The notes under the pieces are model-generated. The model searched no databases. It was not told the origin of the DNA and saw only the letters and a list, made by a program, of their open reading frames with translations. The translations under genes were made by a program, and so were the position numbers. A stretch of DNA of 64,000 nucleotides from Octopus vulgaris (lineage: Eukaryota), in assembly GCA_951406725.2 (NCBI GenBank), contig OX597816.1, forward strand, positions 159,960,001 to 160,024,000, written 5' to 3'. Of this stretch, positions 39,101 to 51,100 are shown piece after piece (the first letter of the stretch is position 1; the number at the start of each line of letters is the position of its first letter).

Positions 39101-42100
39101 ACAGGAGACCGAGACCCTTGGAGACAAGCTGTGATTGAGAAGACCCGGCAACTAATGCGAGATCGCAGCCACGCATGCCTGGCCCAGTCTAAGAGTACTC
39201 CTGATATGTGTATATATGTATATATATATATCTGCATGTGTGTGTGTGTGCAGTCATTTACTGAATTATAAATTAAATTTCATGTATTAAATTAGTATCT
39301 TTATGAGTTGGAAATCATTTACTTTTTATAACAAATAATTTGTGTTTTTAGGTTTAGTCTTGGTCAGTACCACCTGAAAAACCTACCCAAAGGCTACGTC
39401 TCACCAACACATGTATACAATATTAGTTACCTTTCTTAAGTGCTTCCTGTCTGGCTGTAGACTCTTCTTGTTTTTTCAGATTTTCTTCATTCATTCTTGC
39501 CTGAGAATAGATTAGAAAAGAATGTTCTAATACATACACACACACATATATATATCATCATCGTTTAATGTCTATTTTCCATGCATGCATGGGTAGGACA
39601 GTTGACAGGAGCTGGCCAGGTAGAAAAACTACCCTAGGCTAATGTGTCTGCTTTGGCAGGGATTTAATGGCTGGATGCCCTTCCTGACACCAACCACTCT
39701 GCAGTGTGTATGTGTTTGTCTTGACATTATATGATGGTTGTAAGCAAGTATCACCATCATACAAATGATGTTCCAGTCTCCTGTGGAAAACATGTCCGGC
39801 CATGGGGAAATATTACCTTGCTTGGAAGTAGGTGAGGGTTGGTGACAGGAAGGGCATCCAGCCATAAAGAATCTGCTGCAACGAATTCTGTTTGACCTAT
39901 GCAATGACAGAAAAGGTGGACATTAAATAATGGTAAAGATGATAACATTGTCATCGTCATTGTTTTAATATCAAATCTGAAAGGGTCAAAGCAAGGTCAA
40001 CTTTGGCTGATTTGAATTCAGAACTTAAAGATGGACAAAATGATGCTAAGCAATCTGCCCAGCATGCTAACGATGCTGCCAGTTCACCACCTTTTTATAT
40101 AATTAATGACTTGTAGGCATACAGTATTTCGTTATGCAACCACAATATATTATATCATTATCATCGTTTAACGTCTGTTTTCCATCCTGGCATGGGTTAG
40201 AGAGCCAGAAGGCTGCACCAGGCTCAATTTGATCTGGCAAAGTTTCTACAGCTGGATGCCCTTCCTAGCGCAAATCACTCTGAGAGTGTAGTGGGTGATT
40301 TTTATGTGCCACCAGCACGGGAGGCAGTCAGACAGGCCTGGCATTGAACACGTTTGGATAGTGCTTTTTACATGCCACTGGCACGGGGACCAGTCATGGG
40401 GTACTGGCATCAGCCATGATTGAATGGTACTTTTTACATGCAACCAGCATGGGAGCCAGTCAGGTGGCACTGGCAATGGCCGATTTAAATGCTAAAGTTA
40501 TTTTCATTACATTCATGAGTATTTTTTAAATTACTTGAAATAAAGAGGATGTATTTCAATGAAGTACAGAGTAACAAAAGGATTAAAGGAGATTAACAGT
40601 TTACCTGCTGAGCTAGCTGTTCATCATAACGTTTACGAGCTAACTGATCCTGGTATTGTGCTCTTTGCTGATACTGACGAGTTTCTTCAGCCATTGATTT
40701 TCTCTTTTCTTCTTGTATAACTCTCTGTTCTTCAATCTTCTGTTGGGCAACGTGAGCTTCATATTCCTGAGAAAAAAAAAATTATTGAAATAAGAAGAAA
40801 AAAAACAAACCATTCAACTATGTGACATGAACAATAACATTTTTCTCAATTGGGTGATTATTAGATTCTAGCTATTGTCAGAGCTGTTAAACCTCTGAAC
40901 AACTATGATCAAATGTTTTCCAACCATGGCCATCCAATCTCTTTCTAAATCAGAGACTACATTCTCTGATGTATTGTTTTTTATTATCATTTTTAAGTGA
41001 GCTGGGAGTAATGTGTGGGAAATTTGGCTGTTATTTCTGGCAAGCTAGATCACTTAGCAGCTTCCTTGACTCAAATTAATTGTAACAGGTGATAATGCAT
41101 TCCAAACAAGCAACTTCAAGGGCAAAAAAAAAAAAGTAGCAAAAAAATTACATTGTGGATTACATAAATATACATTATAGAGGATGGACAGGTGTCGTTA
41201 CCTTTGTTGTCAGGTGTTCTGGTGGAATTTTGAACCCAACCCTTTATTTGATTAATAGTACTCTGTTCTCATTCTTAAGGTAAGGTGTTCATTTTTGCTG
41301 ATGTTATTTTTTCTGTTGATATTATTTCACCAAGTCCTTGCCTGGGATTGAACTTAGAATCCAACAGTTAGTAGCCCATACAGGCATATATGCATAGTGA
41401 TAGTACCAGTTCTACATTCTTTACCAGTAACACTACCAACACATAGCCACCTGACTAAAATCCTTCGACAGATTTGTATTATTCTTTTGTGTCCCAGGTA
41501 GTACTCCAGAAATCCTTCTTCAATAGAATTTTTTTCCTTCATATTCTATTATTTCTATTTGTTGTGTCTTGTGGTCATTGTTGTATCCTGTGTGTTTCCG
41601 AATTCTTCCTTGTATCTCTCTTTACTCTTTTACTTGTTTCAGTCATTTGACTGCGGCCATACTGGAGCACCGCCTTTAGTACTTATTCTTTGTAAGCCCA
41701 GTACTCATTCTATCGGTCTCTTTTTTGCCGAACCGCTAAGTGACGGGGACGTAAACACACCAGCATCGGTTGTCAAGCAATGCTAGGGGAACAAACACAG
41801 ACACACAAACACACACATACATATATTTATATACTAGCAGTATCGCCCGGCGTTGTTCGGGTTTGTAAGGGAAATAACTATAAAGCATTTTTAGAGAGTT
41901 ATGGAAAAAAAATGGTAAATTTTTTTTTAGTTAAAAAGGTCGAGTTGCGTCCCTTAGACAGTCTGTGGTTTGTGTTTCTGATTCTCGACCCCATGTCGAA
42001 TTTATCGATTTTTTTCAGAACTGGGGGAACTTTTCAAAATTTTCGCTGCGTTAGTTTTGAATTATGACATTGGGCTATGTGTGTGTCAAGTTTCATCAGA

Positions 42101-45100
42101 ATCGGTTGAAAGCCGTGGTCAGGGTGAGGGTACAACCTAACAGACACACAGAAACACACACAGACAAACTGCTGTTTATATATAGAGAGATACATATATA
42201 CGACAGGCTTCTTTCAGTTTCCGTCTACCAAATCCACTCACAAGGCATTGGTTGGCCCGGGGCTATAGCAGAAGACACTTGCCCAAGATGCCACGCAGTG
42301 GGACTGAACCCGGAACCTTGTGGTTGGTTAGCAAGCTACTTACCACACAGCCACTCCTGCGCCTATCCCGCATGTTTTTGAATTCTTGTCACCGAATTTT
42401 TCCCTTTTGTATTCAGCAGTCATTGTTGTATCCTGTGTGTTTTCAACTTCTCATTGTTACATGTTATATCCTGCGTGTGTTCGAAACCTCTTTGCCACTG
42501 TTGTATCTTATGTTAGCAGTTTCGAACATTCCTTGTCACCACTGTTATGACTTCATTGCATGTTTTGCATGTTCTGATTTCAATTTCAGGGAAAGCACTA
42601 AGATGAATTCACGAAAATCAAGTGAAAAATGTCATGGCACAAGACACCTGAAGAAGGCTGGAGCATACAACAGTTGAAATGTAGTGGAAACAACAATCAA
42701 GATGAAGACAACAGTCTGACCAAATTAAATTCACTTCTTTAAATTTCCACCTCTGTTTCATTCTTTACTATAAGGATTTTACTTTTCAAAATATGTTTAC
42801 ATGGAATTCACCCCATGGCCAGACATATTTTCACAGAAGATTGGAAATAAGGGACACACCTTCTATGATGGTGACACTTATTTTCATTTGTCACACAATG
42901 TCAAAACAATGAGACACTAACACACACATACCTATATATATATAGTGAGACGTGGGCCCTGAATGTAGAGGGCATGCAAAGGTCAGAAAGGAATGAGGCT
43001 GGTATGCTCTGCTGGATGTGTAAGGTAAATGTACATGTTCGACAGAGTGCTAGTGTTCTGAGACAGAAGTTGGGCATAAGAGAGAAGACTGTGCTGGTTT
43101 GGTCATGTGATGCAGAAGGACACCAACAGCTCTATAAAGAAGTGTCAATCTCACACAGTAGACAGAACATGTGGAAGTGGGAGACCCAGAAAGACATGGG
43201 ATGAAGTACTGAAGGATGAACTCAGGATGCTGAACCTTTCAGGTGAGATGACAAAGGACCGAGATGTTTGGCGTCTTGCTGTACTCAAGAAGACCCATAC
43301 TCCACAGCAGAAGTGCTAAGACTGGTCCCTCTGGTAGCGAAAAGCACTTGTGGTGGTGTCACATAAAAGTACCTGTGTGGCACCACATAAAAGCACCCAG
43401 CTGTAAAAAACATGCCAAATCAGACAGGAGTCTGGTGCAGTTCCCTGACCCTGGTCAAACTGTCCAACCCATGCTAGCATAGACAACGGACATTAAACGA
43501 TGATAGCCAGCGCCGCCTCGACTGGCTTCTGTGTCGGTGGCACGTAAAAAGCACCATCTGAATCGGGGCCGAAGCTAGTGCCGCCTCGACTGGCTTCCGT
43601 GCAGGTGGCACGTAAAATGTACCAATCCGACCGTGGCCGATGCCAGCCTCGCCTGGCACCAGTGCAGGTGGCACGTAAAAAGCACCCACTACACTCACGG
43701 AGTGGTTGGCGTTAGGAAGGGCATCCAGCAGTAGAAACATTGCCAGATAAGACCGGAGCGTGGTGCAGCCTTCTGGCTTCCCAGATCCCCGGTTGAACCG
43801 TCCAACCCATGCTAGCATGTAGAACGGACGTTAAACGATGATGATGATGATGATGATATATAAACACACACACACATGAGTGAGTGGACAAATGAAAGAG
43901 GGGAGCGCTCAACACATTTAGAAGGAGTTACATGTATTATTTAATAGTTTGATTTGGTTCTGTGCTACTTCATGTTTTGCAGGCTCCTAATGGGAGCCCA
44001 ACTCCTTTAGGCTATGGAATACCAACCTGAAAGAGTTGGGCTCACGTTAAGAGCCTGTGAAACTTGAAGAACTATTTTAAATAATATATGGGGCTGAATC
44101 TGAGACCGCATATTTGGGAAACAAGCTTCTAACCGCACAACCAAGCCTGCACCCAGTATGTACTGTCCAGCTTCTCCAGCACACATCAAAATCATCATTT
44201 AACATATGACTCCTATATTGGCATGAGTTGGAAGTCAGCATCAAGCTCCAATGTCTGTTTTCGCATGGTTTTGATGACTGGATGCCCATTCTAATGCCAA
44301 CATCACAGAGCATGCTTGGTGATTAAAAAAAAATTTTTTTTGTGGTACCAGCACTGGTGAGGTCACCAAGAAACATGCAGAGCAAGACAAGTCTGTTCAA
44401 TGAAATGCGAGGGATTCCCTTTCTTGGTTGGCCTGATCTGTGTTTTGTTTGTAAATTAAAAGTAGACACAAAACAGTTGCTCTACATTTGGTTTATGAAA
44501 CTCAAAAGAGCCTCTAGTTGGTCACCGAAACTGTTAAAAATAGTAACCAAATTTCCCTCAAAACATACTTTACCATCTTTGAAAAATAAAAAAAGATGAC
44601 ACATTGGGTAATGTAGTCCTAGATATACAAACAGATGTGATAGTCATAGTTGAAATGCCTTTTAAACTTAAGTATGCTGGCTCAGCACTGACCTAGGGCT
44701 AGACAACATCAGAACGCATTCAATCTTCTCTAATAATAACATTAACTAAAAACATACAGCTGTACCATACATTCACCTTTGCTACACAAATAAAGCAATT
44801 TTCAGCTTTAGCACAGGAGTGAAGTAACATAACTATTGGGTTGTCTGGAAAGTTTGTGCCGATTTTTAAAGGAAAGAAAAAGGTCACTAAATATTTGCCA
44901 TTACATTTTTAATCAACCAAATATGAACCATTTTGTTGCACAATGCGTTTCCATCTTTCCTTTAACTTAAAAATACCCTCTTCCCAGAATTGTGGTGGTT
45001 TCATGGCAAACAATTCATCAAGGTATCTTTTTACGTCATCCAAGGAATTGAAATTTTTACCATTAAGACTATTCTTCAGAGACCTAAATAAGTAGAAATC

Positions 45101-48100
45101 TGAAGGAGCAATATCTAGTGAATATGGAGGGTGGGGTAACACATCCCAGCCGAGCTGCAGCAATTTTTGTCTGGTTCTAAAAGCATCAAGTGCTGAAAAT
45201 GAACTTTCTCATCTTACATTTTAAAGGGTTACAGAATTAACACAGGTTATAGGAACATAAACCTTCTTCTACAAAAAGATAGCTTAAACTGTGCTCTAAA
45301 TGGAGGTGTAGTCAAATCCTATGTTATGGACTCAACCATGTTCTAAAGTAAGTTGAAATGTAAGCTGCTATAAATCGGTACAAACTTTCTGGACAACCCA
45401 ATATTATAGAAGCAATGGGTATACCTTCATTTCTTTCTGGTACTTTGCTTGCAACGTTGCTTCTTGCATTTTAGTCAAATCCAAAGCTTCCCTTGAGAAT
45501 TCTAGAAAAATAAAAACAGGTATAGATATAAAAACCAAAAATATATTATGTACTGGCTCTCATAGCAGAATCACCACCGGAACTAGAAAAGAAATTTCGG
45601 GTGTGGAAGCAAGGGTTAGAATCAAAGGGCCTTAGAGTAAATGTAGCAAAGACCAAAGTTATAGTAAGCAGAAAGGCGAACTCAGCACACACCCCCTCGG
45701 GCAGGTGGCCCTGCTCGATCTGTAGGAAAGGTGTAGGCAGAAACTCCATAATATGTACCCAGTGTAAGCTATGGACGCATAAGAGGTGCAGCAACATCAA
45801 AGGGAAATTAATTGATAAGATAGCTTTCATGTACGGCAGATGCACAAGGACAATAGACACCACAGATACTCAGAAAACAGATTCCATCACACTCCAGGGG
45901 AAGAAAATAGAAGTAGTTGATAGTTTCCGCTACCTGGGTGACCAAGTTAGTAGTGGAGGTGGATGCTCAAAGAGTGACACCACTAGAATACGAATAGCCT
46001 GGGCAAAGTTTAGAAAGCTCCTACCCCTACTGGCGACAAAGGGTCTCTCGCTCAGAGTGAAAGGTAGATTGTATGATGCATGTGTGCGAACTGCCATGCT
46101 TCACGGTAGTGAAACATGGGCTGTGACTGCAGAGGACATGTGTAGACTTGAAAGAAAGGAAGCTAGCATGATCTGCTGGATGTGTAATGTCAGTGTGAGT
46201 GCACGACAGAGGGTAAGCACCCTGAGAGAAATGCTGGACATAAGAAGCATCAGATGTGGTGTGCAAGAGCGACGCTTGCGATGGTATGGTCATGTACTGC
46301 GGATGGATGAGGAGAGATGTGTGAAGAAGTGCCGCTCCCAAACAGTTGAAGGTATCAGGAGGAGAGGAAGACATGGGATGAGGTAGTCAAGCATGACCTC
46401 AGAGCGGTGGGCCTCTCAGAGGCAATGACGAAGGACTGAGATCTCTGGAGATATGCTGTGACTGCAAAGACCCGGGCTGCTTCCTGCACCAGTCCCGCAT
46501 AGCCCCTGCCCATTCAGAGTAACTTGGATTCCAGAACATCCCGCTGTGCTTGAGGAGACCTATTGAGTCAAGTACATGAACATCGAAATAAATATCAATG
46601 GAAACAGTAGTTGTGATACCTGTGCCGGTGGCACATAAAAAGCACCATCTGAACGTGGCCGATGCCAGCGCCGCCTCGACTGGCTTCTGTGTCGGTGGCA
46701 CATAAAAAGCACCATCCAAACGTGGCCGATGCCAGCGCCGCCTCGACTGGCTTCTGTGTCGGTGGCACATAAAAAGCACCATCCAAACGTGGCCGATGCC
46801 AGCGCCGCCTCAACTGGCTTCTGTGCCGGTGGCACATAAAAAGCACCATCCAAACGTGGCCGATGCCAGCTCCGCCTCAACTGGCTTCTGTGCCGGTGGC
46901 ACATAAAAAGCACCATCCAAACGTGGCTGATGCCAGCTCCGCCGTGACTGGCTTCCGTGCCGGTGGCACGTTAAAAGCACCAACCGATCGTGGCCGATGC
47001 CAGACTCCCCTGGCACCTGTGCTGGTGGCACATAAAAAGCACCCACTACACTCGTGGAGTGGTTGGTGTTAGGAAGGGCATCCAGCTGTAGAAATACTGC
47101 CAGATCAGACTGGAGCCTGGTGCAGCCCCTGGCTTCCCAGACCCCGGCTGAACCGTCCAACCCAAGCTAGCGCAGAAAACGGACGTTAAATGATGATGAT
47201 GATGATAATGTAATAACATGTCATTGGATGACAAAACGTGAAATACTTGAAGACAAAATGATACTAAATGGCTACAGACTGTTCATGTTATGGAGTAACT
47301 AAATGCTCTGACAACCTAAATACAATATTGAATCTGTTATCTGGCTTTCAGAAATTTGGGAATGCTGTGCAGAACTGTGCAATACCCTGTATTGAGTAAA
47401 CAGACCCTGTTTTTGAAGGTGGTTAATTTTGCATATGGAGTGTTAAAAATAGTTTTGTTCTTTACTTTTTCATGTGAATTGACATATCTTGCTTTTCTGT
47501 ATAAATTTGTATCTGTTAAATAAAATCATGTTTTTCATTTTTCTTCATTTAATTTCCATTCAATAAACATTATACTATATAATATGATATATTACAAGAA
47601 TTTTAATTGGATTAATATCAGATCCTGTTTTAGAAGTGTATTAATCTGAGTCTGTTAAATACTAGTTAGCTTTTTACTTTGCATAGTTTATTTTCTATAT
47701 TTTAAGTATACATTTAGACCATTTCCAGAAAACTAGAAAATCCAGAATTCTGGTACACTTCAGGTCCCAAGGTTGCCAGATAAATGGTCTAAGACATTAT
47801 AATGTTATAAGATCTAAACATAACATGATAGCTATTATGTAGACCCTCCTTTGCTCAATTTTAACAATGCATCTGTACATTTGTGTATAGGCTGGAGAAT
47901 CATTTTTTGAGAAAGACAAAGCAGCTGCTCATATATACAAGTCTCTACTTGCCACACCTTTGAAGTTAATCTAACGGAATGGTTTTCAACCATTTTTTAC
48001 CTACAGACCCCTTTGATTAGTACCTTTATTCTGGTGGCCCCCATAACCGTGTGAGGTTTACTCTTTACTTGTTTCAGTCATTTGACTGCGGCCATGCTGA

Positions 48101-51100
48101 AGCACCGCCTTTAGTCAAGCAAATTGACCTCAGGACTTATTCTCTGTAAACCCTGGTACTTATTCTATTGGTCTCTTTTGCCGAACCACTAAGTTGTGGG
48201 GACGTAAACACACCAGCATCAGTTGTCAAGCGATGTTGGGGGTACAAACAGACACACAAACATACACATATACAAAGGGTTCTTTCAGTTTCCACCTACC
48301 AAATCCATTCACAAGGCTTTGGTCAGCCCAAGGCTATAGTAGAAGACACATGCCCAAGGTACCATGTGGTTGGTAAGCAAGCTACTTACCACACAGCCAC
48401 ATCTGCGCCTATGAGACTCATTTAAAAACTAGTTTTGTAAAAGGGGTCTCAAAATGCCTATTTTGTCTTTCACATATTCACTTATGTAGATTTGCAACAG
48501 AACTCTTTGAGAGAACATGTTAAACTATGTAAAATGTTAGAGAGAGAAACCTAGATGTTTCTTACAATAAATGTGCCTAAAGCAAAATTTTCTGCGTGGA
48601 CCCTTAAAATACTACTGTGGATCCTCAATTTACAATTTTGCTAGCATTGACCCCCTAAAAATGTTGTATGAACCTCCAGGAGCCATATGGACTCTAGCTG
48701 AGAATACTGATCTGAAGGAAAGGTTATTGTCATGGGCCGATACAATTTGACACCACTGTCATTGCAGGAGTAAGGCTTCTCACTTGGTGCTCTAATTGTT
48801 CTGACAATCTAATGCCTAGGATTGGGACTTTTTTTTTTATCCATTCTAAGGGGATAAAAAGCAAAGTTGACCTCAGCTGGATATGATGTATGTTTTCTTT
48901 TCTACAGCTTTCAGTTTATCTTACTAAATACAGTAGATCCTGCTTTATACATCCACTGATAATAAATCCACCCACTTAATGTATCCATAATGGGTTGGGA
49001 CGGAATTTTTACACATAAAATCTCTTGTTTAATAAATCCAATTGTCACTGCTTCTTCCTAAAGTGTCAACAAGTAGCAGCAAAATAGGCGTTTCCCCAGA
49101 CAGATTTATAAATCAGGGTCTACTGTACCAATTCATATTGCAGTGAGTTGGGCACGATTCACACGAGAAAAGGATTTAATATTTGTGTGTTTGTCTCAAC
49201 TTGTAAGTAAACAATGCCTACAAGATCTGCATTCTATTCTCTGTGCCCTTATTTCATCCTAACTGTTGTTAACAGATGAAGAGGTATATTGGGTTATAGA
49301 ATCAAGTTTAATGCTGCAATTTTTCTGAATTAAGTTTGTAGCAGTTGACTTTCTGTTTTAACATTTTCGAAAAATTGATAAAATAAATATTAGTAAAATA
49401 CTCTACTCGTAACTTTACAAAAATCTTTATCACAACTGTTGCTAGGTACTCAAATTTTTTTTTAGAACTACCGCCAAGAGTTACATGAAATCGTTCATTC
49501 ATTGATTTTGTTGTAGTGTGTTTTACAGTTTAGTCCACGAATGTGAGGGATGTACTTAAAATGTGATGTGACCCTTTTATAATCCTAACTGTAAATGTAA
49601 AATCCATTCCATCAGAAACCCTACACTTGAAATGTCCCATCCATTTCGTTTTAGATTTTTACTTCATCTTTAAGGAAAGTAAAACTAAACGCATATCAGA
49701 CGAGCCTTAATCCAAGTTCCGGAAAGTCTGCTGTTCGCAGCAGAACATCGAAACACTGTGTACAAGACGAATGCTTTGACAGATTATTACATTATTGAAT
49801 CCAAATTCTAGTAGTTTAGAATCCGATAACTGTTCTCTTATTAAGACAGTAGGATGTGATTTGAAGAAATGTTACTACAATCAATTCCGAAGTAGTAATT
49901 GGAGGTACTTTTGTCTGTCTGCATCAGCTGTTAGTATTTTGTAAATTACTAAAATAGCAATTTTTAAAAATTTCAATGTGAATAGAAGATCAGACATCTA
50001 TATTTGATTCTAAAAAAATACTTAATGATTTGATAATACATTTAGGTTATTAAGCTAAATCATATATTCATAATAACATTCCTCAAATAATTAGAATTTA
50101 TAAATTGTCCTAAAAACATAATTTACCAGCTGAAGAGAATTACATTTTAAACAAGGACATCGAAATATATATAATTCTATAATTAAAGAAAGAAATAATA
50201 CGATCGATCTTTTTCGAGAAACAGTTCAATAGTTTTGGTTTCAAAGTCCCAAATCACAAACATGTTTTCTAAACGACACATGAACCGGTGCCGGTTTAAT
50301 GCTTGTAGTTATGTAAGTTTCCACACAAAAGTCATTAACAAGTATTTATATATTTTTCTATCTTTAAAAGAAAAAAAAAACCCTAAAAAACTGTAATATA
50401 TTTACATAAATTCTTTGTATTTAAAATTCAAATAATATATAGATATTAGTAATAAGCGATTCCGATAGAGAAAATAACATGAGACGTTCAACTTGTAGCC
50501 AAGGTCACAAAAAGAAAAAAAACGACGAATTTATGACATAATTCAGATAGTTGGCTTTCGATCTGGTATATTTCTAGTAATAATAAGTAACGTGCTATGT
50601 ACCATTCAGAAATATTGAATATTTTATATATAATGAGATACTGAGAATATAATATGATTAGCATGTACTTATTGAAGGGCACGAAAAGCTGGGAATTAGC
50701 TTTCTAGACTAAAAGGGTCGAATGAAACTAGTTTGAGGGTCATCATTATAACATTGTCTATGAATCAGATACATGTCGACTATATTTATTTTTCATATTA
50801 TTTCGTTTACATTTAATTCAAAATAACAAAAATTTGTTAATTAAATATAACCTTGTCCAATCACACACACATATCCATCACTCTTCATAATATATTTTCA
50901 TATATCAATTGTTAATCAATATCATAAATGATGAAAGAAACAATAGCAAATATGATTGTAGTATTTCAAGAAAAGGCATAAATATTTTTCTTACTTGAGG
51001 ATTCCAGGTCTTTGGCTGCTTTTGCTGCTCTTTCCAAAGCAGCTGAATCGAACCGGTAGGCTTCCATTTTTGAATTCAAAGAACTTGCAGAATCATCGTC

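Noticed and set aside
46621-47045. CRISPR-like repeat-spacer array
   Set aside because: Whole units are homologous with no unique spacers, there are no cas genes, and the array sits in a eukaryotic LINE 3' UTR
50130-50175. CTGAAGA...GAAA spacing in intron 1 (similar at 33158-33188 minus and 30013)
   Set aside because: No convincing stem I or II; expected by chance in AT-rich DNA
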